Source: Candidatus Saccharibacteria bacterium oral taxon 488
GTDB lineage: Bacteria > Patescibacteriota > Saccharimonadia > Saccharimonadales > Saccharimonadaceae
Reading direction: 5' to 3'
Length of the DNA stretch: 32,000 nucleotides
NCBI GenBank assembly: GCA_010202845.1
Contig: CP047921.1
Location: 180,001 to 212,000 of the forward strand
The notes under the pieces were generated by a model, which was not told the DNA's origin, did not search any database, and worked only from the letters and a program-made list of their open reading frames with translations. Below are positions 16,300 through 24,246 of this stretch, piece after piece; the stretch's first letter is position 1, and every line of letters starts with the position of its first letter. The translations under genes and the position numbers were made by a program.

Positions 16300-17367
16300 C
16301 TAGGTAGTGTTCTTCGCCTTCAACTCCCGCTCATACCGCTGCAATTGCTCAATCAAATCGTCAATATCCCCGTTCATCGCCGCGGGGATATTGCTGCGGC
16401 TGTAGTGGATGCGGTGGTCGGTGATGCGGTCTTGCGGGAAGTTGTAGGTGCGGATTTTTTCGGAGCGGTCGCCAGTGCCGACTAATGAGCGCCGTTCAGC
16501 GCTTAACTTGGCGTTTTCCTCATCAATTTTCATCTGCAGCAAGCGCGAACGCAGCACGCTCATGGCTTTTTCGCGGTTCTTGATCTGCGACTTCTCGTCT
16601 TGGTTAGTGACGATGATGCCAGTCGGCAGGTGAGTGATGCGCACTGCTGAGTCGGTGGTGTTGACACTCTGACCGCCGTGACCAGAGCTGCGGTAAATAT
16701 CGACGCGCAGGTCGTTCGGGTTGATTTCGATGTCAGTCTCCTCGGCTTCTGGTAGTACCGCCACGGTGACCGTCGAAGTGTGGACGCGGCCTTGACTTTC
16801 GGTAACTGGGACGCGTTGGACGCGGTGGACGCCGCCTTCAAATTTCAATTTGGCATATGGCGCGTCGCCCTTGACCATGAAAATGACTTCTTTGTACCCG
16901 CCGGAATCGTTAGCGGACTCGTTGATAAGCTCGGTTTTATAGCCATTAGTCTCGCACCAGCGTAGATACATGCGGTACAGTTCCGCAGCAAATAGTGATG
17001 CTTCGTCGCCGCCAGCACCAGCGCGGATTTCTATGATGATATTCTTCTCATCATTCGGGTCTTTAGGCGTCAGTAGGATAAATAGCCCCTCCTCCAGCTC
17101 TGCCAGGCGGGCTTCGGTTTCAGTGATTTCAGCTTTCGCTAATTCCGCTAATTCGCCGCCGTCATTCGCTAATTCTTTGGTATCGCGTAGATTTTGCTCT
17201 AACGTTGCTCGCTCTTCGCCCTTGGCAATAAGCGTCTCCAGTTCTGAGAACCGCTTATTTTTACTTGTGAAATCCGGCGAGCCATACGCGTCGGGACGCG
17301 CCAAAAAATCACCCAGCGCTGCCCGCTCCGCCTTCAACGCCTCGAGGTCAAGAGAGATTTTTGTCAT
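16300..17367 (-). CDS. prfA: peptide chain release factor 1
   Basis: GGQ motif ([24 protein letters not shown]). RF1-specific PVT tripeptide ([10 protein letters not shown]). Confidence 0.95.
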   Translation of the reverse strand: MTKISLDLEALKAERAALGDFLARPDAYGSPDFTSKNKRFSELETLIAKGEERATLEQNLRDTKELANDGGELAELAKAEITETEARLAELEEGLFILLTPKDPNDEKNIIIEIRAGAGGDEASLFAAELYRMYLRWCETNGYKTELINESANDSGGYKEVIFMVKGDAPYAKLKFEGGVHRVQRVPVTESQGRVHTSTVTVAVLPEAEETDIEINPNDLRVDIYRSSGHGGQSVNTTDSAVRITHLPTGIIVTNQDEKSQIKNREKAMSVLRSRLLQMKIDEENAKLSAERRSLVGTGDRSEKIRTYNFPQDRITDHRIHYSRSNIPAAMNGDIDDLIEQLQRYERELKAKNTT

Positions 17368-17374
17368 ATGGATT

Positions 17375-17383
17375 ATTATAGCA
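17375..17383 (-). promoter_or_regulatory. extended -10 TGCTATAAT, 7 nt upstream of prfA ATG (leaderless-type)
   Basis: The minus strand reads TGCTATAATaatccatATG. Confidence 0.5.
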
Positions 17384-17437
17384 TATTGGTGGGGGCGGCG
17401 GGCTTACTAGTAAAATACCGATAGTATGATAAAATAC

Positions 17438-17466
17438 TTGACAAATAAAGAAAAATAGAGTAATAT
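17438..17466 (+). promoter_or_regulatory. promoter P2 of orphan gene B
   Basis: TTGACA (17438-17443), 17-nt spacer, TAATAT (17461-17466). Confidence 0.6.
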
Positions 17467-17521
17467 GTAGACCATTGGTACATCACGTATTGCAGTAGCA
17501 AAGATAAGGAAAATAAAAAGT

Positions 17522-18292
17522 ATGGGCAAATTATTACAAGCAACACGACGTATGGTCAACGAAACCTTCGGGACAAATTTTGGGCGGATTCGTGATGTCA
17601 AGAAGGCCTGGGAGATGGCACAAGAAGAAAATGCTGAACATACACGCCGGCAGACAGAAAGGAAGTTAGCGAGTTTAGCCCTTGACGAGCCGCGCATAGC
17701 AGAACTGAAAGATGGCTCAGGCCTCCCAGAGACAAAGGTGGGGTCCCCTGAGTTTGTTGCTAAGATGGTTACAAGTGCCAGTGAGTATATATTAAAGAAG
17801 AAAGGCGATGCCTCGACAGAGAAGTGGCTACCAGCGATGTATGACCTTTCATCTCTAGCTGAGGAGATGATAGTGAAGCAGGTTTCGCGTTACGGTGATT
17901 TTATCGCTAAGGGGCTCAACGGTGGATCGATTATTGGTATGGTTGAGGAGCGTAGCGTTGGAGGTACGGATCATGACGCTCGGCGTGTTCGCACGTCAAC
18001 TGCTTATGACTCCACGACGGGCTTGATAAAGGAGGTTGAACTCACAAATCACCTACGAAGAGAGAAGGATGGTCGTGGGTATACTGGTGATTATGAGGTG
18101 ACAAAAACTGACGGTGCTATACGATGGATTTCGCCTGATGGTATCGTCGAATATGTTGCTATTGATGAAAATGGCGTGCGGCAACCAGGTACGTTGTATC
18201 GGAGGGACGTGGGAGAGCTGGCGTATCTACGGAGGCTTGAGCATATGATGGAGCACTTTAATAACGGACTCAAAGAAGCTAGCAAGAGCTAG
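17522..18292 (+). CDS. hypothetical protein (orphan B, 256 aa)
   Basis: Long ORF with its own promoter, followed by a strong hairpin terminator. No motif recognised. Codon usage is atypical for the window. Confidence 0.65.
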   Translation: MGKLLQATRRMVNETFGTNFGRIRDVKKAWEMAQEENAEHTRRQTERKLASLALDEPRIAELKDGSGLPETKVGSPEFVAKMVTSASEYILKKKGDASTEKWLPAMYDLSSLAEEMIVKQVSRYGDFIAKGLNGGSIIGMVEERSVGGTDHDARRVRTSTAYDSTTGLIKEVELTNHLRREKDGRGYTGDYEVTKTDGAIRWISPDGIVEYVAIDENGVRQPGTLYRRDVGELAYLRRLEHMMEHFNNGLKEASKS

Positions 18293-18318
18293 CATAGACC
18301 GACGTAACGCAGCCTAAT

Positions 18319-18348
18319 GTAATAGCTCCGTTTTGGCGGAGCTATTAC
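18319..18348. terminator. bidirectional hairpin terminator between convergent orphan B and rpmE
   Basis: Perfect 12-bp stem GTAATAGCTCCG / CGGAGCTATTAC with the 6-nt loop ttttgg. Confidence 0.7.
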
Positions 18349-18377
18349 GTGATACCAAAAGTATTGATAAGTTAGGG

Positions 18378-18764
18378 CTATTTCTTAACCTTCTTAGTTT
18401 TTACTTTAGGTGCAGCCGCTTTCTTCTTCGTGTCGTCTGTGTCATCGTCTGCTGCCTTGGCGGCTTTTTTGGCGGCAGCCTTCTTGGCTTTATTTGCTAG
18501 AGCTGCCTTGCGAGCCTGGGCGGCTGCTTGGCGTGCCTTGAACCGGTCAACACGACCTTCGGTGTCGATGATCTTTTCTTCGCCGGTGAAGAATGGGTGC
18601 GAGGCGCTGGAGATGTGCACCTTGACGAGCGGATAAGTTTTGCCATCTTCCCAAACGATGGTGTCCGTAGTTTGCGCTGTTGACTGAGTCAGGAACGCGA
18701 AGCCCGCTTGATCGTCGCTAAATACGACCGGGCGATAGTTCTGTGGGTGAATACTGCTTTTCAT
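18378..18764 (-). CDS. rpmE: 50S ribosomal protein L31, type B (no Cys zinc motif), with ~50-aa Lys/Ala-rich C-terminal extension
   Basis: [17 protein letters not shown]...FLTQST...[10 protein letters not shown]. No CxxC motif. The tail reads [48 protein letters not shown]. Confidence 0.88.
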   Translation of the reverse strand: MKSSIHPQNYRPVVFSDDQAGFAFLTQSTAQTTDTIVWEDGKTYPLVKVHISSASHPFFTGEEKIIDTEGRVDRFKARQAAAQARKAALANKAKKAAAKKAAKAADDDTDDTKKKAAAPKVKTKKVKK

Positions 18765-18773
18765 AACCTTGGT

Positions 18774-18782
18774 ATTTTAGCA
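18774..18782 (-). promoter_or_regulatory. extended -10 TGCTAAAAT, 9 nt upstream of rpmE ATG
   Basis: The minus strand reads TGCTAAAATaccaaggttATG. Confidence 0.4.
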
Positions 18783-18903
18783 AAAAATGAGGAGCAATGC
18801 AAACTTAAAACAAGTGACGGGGCGCTAGTGTCTACGAGAGGGCCAGATAGGCATAAATGCAACAAGGACTCGTTACGACGTAGTTGCGTCTGATGTTTAC
18901 TAG

Positions 18904-18912
18904 TGGTATAAT
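18904..18912 (+). promoter_or_regulatory. extended -10 TGGTATAAT of rpsB-tsf
   Basis: TGGTATAAT lies ~75 nt upstream of ATG 18988. The leader contains a 9-bp stem-loop (18940-18968) and SD AAAGGAG. Confidence 0.5.
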
Positions 18913-18987
18913 TAGCAGGTAACTAAACATAACGACACAGCCCGTCGCAGCTCCAATAAGCGGCGGGCGAGGAAAAGGAGTAACCTA

Positions 18988-19716
18988 ATGTCTGTAACAG
19001 TAGACATGAAAGCTTTGTTTGAAGCTGGTGTTCATTTTGGACACAAAACCAGTCGCTGGCACCCAAAGATGGCGCCATACATCCATTCAAAACGCCAAGA
19101 TAGTCATATTATTGACTTGGCAAAGACGGCTGAGGCGCTGGAGAAGGCGCTGCCGGAACTGACGAAAATCGCCGCTAGCGGTAAAAAGATATTGTTTGTC
19201 GGTACGAAAAAGCAAGCCAAGGACGTGGTGCGCCAAGCGGCCGAGAGTGTCAATCAGCCGTATGTAGTTGAACGCTGGATTGGCGGTATGCTAACTAACG
19301 GCGCAACGATTGCCCAGCAAATTAAAAAGCTGAAAAACCTCGAGAAGCGCATGGCGTCGGGCGACCTGGAAAAGCGCTACAACAAGCTGGAAGTGCAGCG
19401 TTTTCAGGAGGAAATTGACAACCTGAATTTCAAGTACGGCGGTATTAAGAACTTGATGGGCAAGCCGGGCGCCGTGGTCGTGGTTGACGCGCTGACTGAT
19501 GCGAACGCAGTGTGCGAGGCAGAGGCTCTGGGCGTGCCGGTGTTTGCCGTGGTTGATACTAATGTCAATCCAACGGGTATTGATTACGTCATCCCAGGCA
19601 ACGACGATGCGATCAAGAGTATCCAGCAGCTACTTGACTACTTCACGGCAGCTGTAGCTGAGGGTGCGGGTAGCGTGAAAGCTGAAGAAAAACCAGTGAA
19701 AAAAGAGGGGAAATAG
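18988..19716 (+). CDS. rpsB: 30S ribosomal protein S2
   Basis: LFEAGVHFGHKTSRWHPKM, ERWIGGMLTN, VVVDALTDANAVCEA. Confidence 0.95.
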   Translation: MSVTVDMKALFEAGVHFGHKTSRWHPKMAPYIHSKRQDSHIIDLAKTAEALEKALPELTKIAASGKKILFVGTKKQAKDVVRQAAESVNQPYVVERWIGGMLTNGATIAQQIKKLKNLEKRMASGDLEKRYNKLEVQRFQEEIDNLNFKYGGIKNLMGKPGAVVVVDALTDANAVCEAEALGVPVFAVVDTNVNPTGIDYVIPGNDDAIKSIQQLLDYFTAAVAEGAGSVKAEEKPVKKEGK

Positions 19717-19717
19717 G

Positions 19718-20314
19718 ATGGGAGTTTCAGTTGATGATATTAAGAAGCTGCGTGAATTGACTGGCGTGGGCTTGACTGACGCAAAGAAGGCGCTGGTCGA
19801 GACTGATGGCGATTTTGACAAGGCGCTGGAGGCGATGCGTAAAAAAGGCTTGACCAAGGCTGAGAAAAAGGGTGACCGCGAAGCGCGTGAAGGCCTGATC
19901 GAGGGTTATGTACACTCGGGCCGAATTGGCGTGGTGGTTGAAGTGAACTGTGAGACCGACTTCGTGGCGCGGCTGGATGATTTCAAGACATTGGCGCACG
20001 AAATTGCTATGCAAATTGCAGCCATGAGTCCGAAGTATGTTTCTGAGGCGGATATTCCGACTGAGGAAATGGAGCGGGTTAGGACAGAGCTAATGGCCAG
20101 CGAGGCATTGGCAAGCAAGCCTGAAGAAATGCGTGAAAAAATCGTTGAAGGTCAATTGAAAAAGCACTTTGTCGAACAGGTATTGATGAGCCAGGCATAC
20201 ATCTTGGACGATTCTAAGACAGTTGAGCAGCATATTAAGGAAGCGATCGCTAAACTCGGCGAGAACATCGTGGTGCGTCAGTTTAGGCGAATTGAGCTGG
20301 GTGTGAGCGAGTAA
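19718..20314 (+). CDS. tsf: translation elongation factor Ts (short form)
   Basis: IKKLRELTGVGLTDAKKALVETDGDFDKALEAMRKKG, VEVNCETDFVAR. Starts 1 nt after the rpsB stop. Confidence 0.95.
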   Translation: MGVSVDDIKKLRELTGVGLTDAKKALVETDGDFDKALEAMRKKGLTKAEKKGDREAREGLIEGYVHSGRIGVVVEVNCETDFVARLDDFKTLAHEIAMQIAAMSPKYVSEADIPTEEMERVRTELMASEALASKPEEMREKIVEGQLKKHFVEQVLMSQAYILDDSKTVEQHIKEAIAKLGENIVVRQFRRIELGVSE

Positions 20315-20341
20315 CATCGTTACGCTTTGGCTCAGCATGAT

Positions 20342-20366
20342 AAATCCCGCCAAAATGGCGGGATTT
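20342..20366. terminator. bidirectional hairpin terminator between convergent tsf and recF
   Basis: 10-bp stem AAATCCCGCC / GGCGGGATTT, 5-nt loop, flanked by A/T runs. Touches the recF stop codon. Confidence 0.7.
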
Positions 20367-21421
20367 TAGCGTGTTGAGATTATTAGGCAATCATCCCTCT
20401 GGTGGCGGGCGTCGGTGGTGGTGACCACGAATTGATGATGTTGGATGGTCTCTTGGAGCAGCTTTTCGCGAGTGGCATCCAGTTCAGAAAACACGTCATC
20501 CAGGAGGATGAGCGGCCGTGATTGGCTAGCTTTTGTTTGCAGTTCCAGCTCGAGTAGCTTGAAGGCCAGCATAATGGTGCGCATTTCGCCGCGCGAGGCG
20601 ACTTTGATGGCTGACTGACCGTGGAGGAAAATAGTAAAATCTTCGCGGTGCGGGCCGGTCGAGGTGTGGCCTGTAGCGACTTCGTAATCGCGGGCACGTT
20701 GGAGGCAGTCGAGGAGCGCTTGTTCATATTGATCAAGTGAAGCACTGGCTTGATAAGCAGCTGCAAAAGCTGTCTTGCGTCCCGCCAGTGCTGCATATAA
20801 ACTACTCAGCGCCGCCTCGTGCTTGGCCAAGAATTCAGCGCGAGCCTGGGCGATGTGGGTCGCTAGCTGAACGAACTTAATATCCCAGGCAAAGAGATGA
20901 TCACGCCAGTTTTGGGTCGTCTCGCGGGGGTGCTTGAGCAGTTCATTGCGCTGGAGCAAGGTTCGATGAAAGGCGCGGAGGGTGGCTTCGTATTGAGCAT
21001 CCAGCCGAGATAACATACCGTCCAGAAAATCCCGCCGCCGTGATGGCGATGAGGAAATGAGTCGTAGCTCGCTCGGTTCAAACAGAACGACCGGCAGGCG
21101 ATGTTTGCGGGGGAGGAGCTTGCTGCGGCTATCGTTAATCGTAAATTCTTTATTTATCGTGCCGTCGGTTGTGCGGAGCAGCTGGAGGCGTCGAGAGGCA
21201 TTGTCGGTTTCGAGGTGGATGATGGTTTGCGTTTGGTCGTGCTGCATGCAATCAGCAAGGCTGCCGCGAAAGCTACTGCCGCGGAGGGCGACGTATATCG
21301 CTTCGAGCAAGTTTGTCTTGCCCGTACCGTTTGGCCCAACGATGACGGTGCCGCCTGGCGCCAGTGTCGTCTCATAGAGGCCGTAGGAGCGAAAATGATA
21401 TAGTTTGATTTGTGTTATCAC
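20366..21421 (-). CDS. recF: DNA replication and repair protein RecF
   Basis: Walker A GPNGTGKTNLLEAI. RecF signature LLDDVFSELD. GTG start. Confidence 0.9.
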   Translation of the reverse strand: MITQIKLYHFRSYGLYETTLAPGGTVIVGPNGTGKTNLLEAIYVALRGSSFRGSLADCMQHDQTQTIIHLETDNASRRLQLLRTTDGTINKEFTINDSRSKLLPRKHRLPVVLFEPSELRLISSSPSRRRDFLDGMLSRLDAQYEATLRAFHRTLLQRNELLKHPRETTQNWRDHLFAWDIKFVQLATHIAQARAEFLAKHEAALSSLYAALAGRKTAFAAAYQASASLDQYEQALLDCLQRARDYEVATGHTSTGPHREDFTIFLHGQSAIKVASRGEMRTIMLAFKLLELELQTKASQSRPLILLDDVFSELDATREKLLQETIQHHQFVVTTTDARHQRDDCLIISTR

Positions 21422-21429
21422 TGATGATA

Positions 21430-21438
21430 ATTATATCA
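21430..21438 (-). promoter_or_regulatory. extended -10 TGATATAAT, 8 nt upstream of recF GTG; overlaps the stop codon of orphan C
   Basis: The minus strand reads cgTGATATAATtatcatcaGTG. The TGA is the orphan C stop. Confidence 0.45.
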
Positions 21439-22092
21439 CGCGGCTTCTTCTGGCGAGGTTAGTTCCGCATAAGGATCGGCTACCCGTCGGAGATTTTTTT
21501 GGTCTTCTGGATCGATGAGCTCTGGATGAGAGAGAATACTATGTTTGATATGGGTTTCATGCAGCGAAAGTGGACGTTGCATGTTTCTATATTCGGGCGG
21601 TAGGTCTTGCTCGCGACCACTAGTAATATCGTTTTTGATGACACATTCCCACGTGTCGGGCGCGCTTTCGATGAGCTTGACATGGTGAGTGCCAGTGACG
21701 CCCAAGTAATCAATAGGCATTGGCGGAAATTCAATGGCTACTCGTGGTGTTTCGGGGTGCTCCTCCATATACCAGGCTTCTGCACGGCGGATGGTGAATT
21801 CCTGTCCCCCGTATTCAACTTTTACGGTCTTGAAGCCATTGGGGTGTTCCTTGTCGGCATCAAGAGTGTCATTATTTTCAGCGGCGATCGCGGTAGCCTC
21901 ACCGAAGAACTCACGACTTTCGTCTTGGTCGCCTGGTGTTTTCATGTCGCCAGTAGGCTCGTTGATACCATCCGGTAGATTACCGTAAAGCTCTGTATCA
22001 TAGCCACTGTTACGTGCTGCAATTTTCTCAGGATTAAGCGGGGACGCTTCCGTCTCTCCAGTTTGCTTTAGTCGTTCAATATCGTAGGCCAT
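21436..22092 (-). CDS. hypothetical acidic protein (orphan C, 218 aa)
   Basis: Long ORF with a good promoter of its own. No motif recognised. Confidence 0.65.
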   Translation of the reverse strand: MAYDIERLKQTGETEASPLNPEKIAARNSGYDTELYGNLPDGINEPTGDMKTPGDQDESREFFGEATAIAAENNDTLDADKEHPNGFKTVKVEYGGQEFTIRRAEAWYMEEHPETPRVAIEFPPMPIDYLGVTGTHHVKLIESAPDTWECVIKNDITSGREQDLPPEYRNMQRPLSLHETHIKHSILSHPELIDPEDQKNLRRVADPYAELTSPEEAA

Positions 22093-22129
22093 CTTCTAAG
22101 TTTCTGCTTAGTTATACGTTAACGTTTTG

Positions 22130-22158
22130 ATTTTAGCATGAATATTTGGATAAGTCAA
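22130..22158 (-). promoter_or_regulatory. promoter of orphan C
   Basis: Minus strand: TTGACT (22158-22153), 17-nt spacer, TAAAAT (22135-22130). Confidence 0.6.
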
Positions 22159-22180
22159 GCAGACAACCTTGCCACTAGTC

Positions 22181-22189
22181 TGTTATAAT
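22181..22189 (+). promoter_or_regulatory. extended -10 TGTTATAAT of the frr operon
   Basis: TGTTATAAT, then a 24-nt leader with SD GGGAGG before ATG 22214. Confidence 0.55.
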
Positions 22190-22213
22190 GGATGACAGAT
22201 AACGGGAGGAAAT

Positions 22214-22768
22214 ATGTTTGACACACAACCATATGAGGATAAAATGGCGCAGGCGTTTAGTCATTTTCAGGACGAGCTAAAAAAGGTGCGGACGGGCCGG
22301 GCGCATGCCGGAATGCTGGACGGCGTGATGGTAGAGGCGTACGGGACGCGGATGCCGCTGAACCAGGTGGCAAATGTGACGGCGCCGGAGGCGCAGATGC
22401 TGCTGGTGACGCCATTTGATCCGAGTAATATTATGGCGATTTCGGCAGCGATTCGCGATAATCAGAGTTTGGGCTTTAATCCGTCCGATGACGGGCGAGT
22501 GGTGCGCGTGCCGGTGCCGGCATTGACCGAGGAGCGCCGCAAGCAATTAGTCAAGCAAGTGAGCGAAAAGGTCGAAGAAGCGCGGATCGCTATGCGAACA
22601 ATTCGCCAGGATGCTCTGAAGGATGCCAAGCGGATGAAGGATGCCAAGGAGCTTGGCGAGGATGATTATAAGCGAGTCGAGAAGGAGATTGATGCGCTGA
22701 TGAGTAAGGTGCAGGCACAAATTGACGAAGCGTTTAAGGCAAAAGAAAAGGATGTGTTGACGGTTTGA
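22214..22768 (+). CDS. frr: ribosome recycling factor
   Basis: FQDELKKVRTGRAHAGMLDGVMVEAYG...LTEERRKQLVK is the typical RRF pattern. Length 184 aa. Confidence 0.95.
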   Translation: MFDTQPYEDKMAQAFSHFQDELKKVRTGRAHAGMLDGVMVEAYGTRMPLNQVANVTAPEAQMLLVTPFDPSNIMAISAAIRDNQSLGFNPSDDGRVVRVPVPALTEERRKQLVKQVSEKVEEARIAMRTIRQDALKDAKRMKDAKELGEDDYKRVEKEIDALMSKVQAQIDEAFKAKEKDVLTV

Positions 22769-24246
22769 TGAATCAGACGTTTGCCAAGCGCATAAAAGAG
22801 TTAGGGCTGCCGCTGGATCAGATCATTATCATTGGTAGCGGTATTTTGGATCAATTAGGAATCCGCCAGTCTATTGATATTGATGTGGCAGCTCGTAGCG
22901 AGGTGCTGGAAAAGCTTGCTCATGATGATGGCTGGATTGAAAAAGTCGATAAACATCAACGCCAGTATTTGGTGAAGTGTGATGGATCAGTGGAAGTTTG
23001 GGATGGCTGGGAGATTGACGGGCGAGTCGTTGAGTACGACGAGCTACTGGACTACGCGGTGGAATATGACGGTGTGAAGTTTGTCAATCTAGATTTTCTG
23101 CGCCGCTGGAAAAACTGGCGCGGGCGCGAAAAAGATATACAGGATGTGAGGTTGATTGATGAATATCTAAAGAACATCGATGTGGCAGCTGTTCTCGAAC
23201 AATGCGCCCCAGAGATTAATGAGTATATCGCGAACGTTTTTGAAGAATTTCAAGCAGATTTGGCGAACGTTTCTTTTACTGATTTATCGCGGTGGGCGCT
23301 TGAAGAGTCAAAAGTATATGCACTTGGTCCAGGTAAGCGGCTGCGCGGCGCGCTTGCCATGCTGATGTGCGGGGAGCTGTCTATTGATAAAGAAGCAGCG
23401 GGCTACTTAGCAGCAGCAATTGAGTTGATGCATAGCTATCTGCTTATCATTGATGATGTGATGGATAAGTCGCCAATTCGTCGGGGTCATCCAACAGCGC
23501 ATGAGGCGTACAAGGCTACGTTTTCTGATCTGCGACCAACGCAGTTTGAGTCGGACTTTGCTGCTGTTAATGTCGGCACCTTGACACAGCATGTAGCGAA
23601 CTGGGCGATTATGAAAGCGGAGCGTGTGGCCGACGTACCTGCGGGCACTGTCGCCAAGATCATGCACCGATATATTGCTATTACTAACTTGGGGCAATTG
23701 GATGACCTGGCTGCTTCGGTTGATCGGCCAAGCTCGACCGAGCAGGCGCTTGAGATATATCGCAAAAAGAGCGGCTATTATAGTTTTATCAATCCTATCG
23801 CGTGTGCTCTGGCGCTTGCGAATCGGCTCGATGATGAGGCATTGGCTCAACTTGAGGCGTTTGGTTTACCGGCTGGAGTGGCTTTTCAGCTGCGTGATGA
23901 CTGGCTGGGTGTATTTGGAGATAGCAAGGAATTCGGCAAGGCAAATCTTGACGACATTCGTGAAGGTAAGAACACGTTTTTGGTTCAAGCGACTTTGGCT
24001 AATGTCAAAGAGGAGGACAGAGCGAGACTTTTGGCTATATTAGGGAACAAGGAGGTTACAGAGGGGTCGCTACAGCTAGTGCAACAGATGATGATTAGCT
24101 CTGGAGCAGTAGAGGCATCTGATGCTATTATGAGAGATGCTGCTCAAACAGCAATAGGTGCAATTGATAGAGCTACTTGCTTTAGCCGGCACTTTGCAGG
24201 GGTAATGAAAAGGATAATACAATACACTATGGAGCGTAGAAAATGA
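22768..24246 (+). CDS. fusion protein: N-terminal nucleotidyltransferase-like domain (~140 aa) + trans-polyprenyl diphosphate synthase (FPP/GGPP synthase family)
   Basis: ATG 22768 overlaps the frr TGA (TGATG). The N-terminal part has GSGILDQLGIRQSIDIDV, i.e. a G[SG]-x(n)-DxD pattern. The synthase part has GKRLRGAL, the first Asp-rich motif LLIIDDVMD (23452-23466) and the second Asp-rich motif FQLRDDWLGVFGD (23896-23910). Confidence 0.8.
   Translation: MNQTFAKRIKELGLPLDQIIIIGSGILDQLGIRQSIDIDVAARSEVLEKLAHDDGWIEKVDKHQRQYLVKCDGSVEVWDGWEIDGRVVEYDELLDYAVEYDGVKFVNLDFLRRWKNWRGREKDIQDVRLIDEYLKNIDVAAVLEQCAPEINEYIANVFEEFQADLANVSFTDLSRWALEESKVYALGPGKRLRGALAMLMCGELSIDKEAAGYLAAAIELMHSYLLIIDDVMDKSPIRRGHPTAHEAYKATFSDLRPTQFESDFAAVNVGTLTQHVANWAIMKAERVADVPAGTVAKIMHRYIAITNLGQLDDLAASVDRPSSTEQALEIYRKKSGYYSFINPIACALALANRLDDEALAQLEAFGLPAGVAFQLRDDWLGVFGDSKEFGKANLDDIREGKNTFLVQATLANVKEEDRARLLAILGNKEVTEGSLQLVQQMMISSGAVEASDAIMRDAAQTAIGAIDRATCFSRHFAGVMKRIIQYTMERRK

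Noticed and set aside
15704-18292. Idea that orphans A and B plus their shared promoter are a mobile element.
   Set aside because: There is no transposase or integrase, no terminal inverted repeats and no target-site duplications. prfA, a core gene, lies between them.
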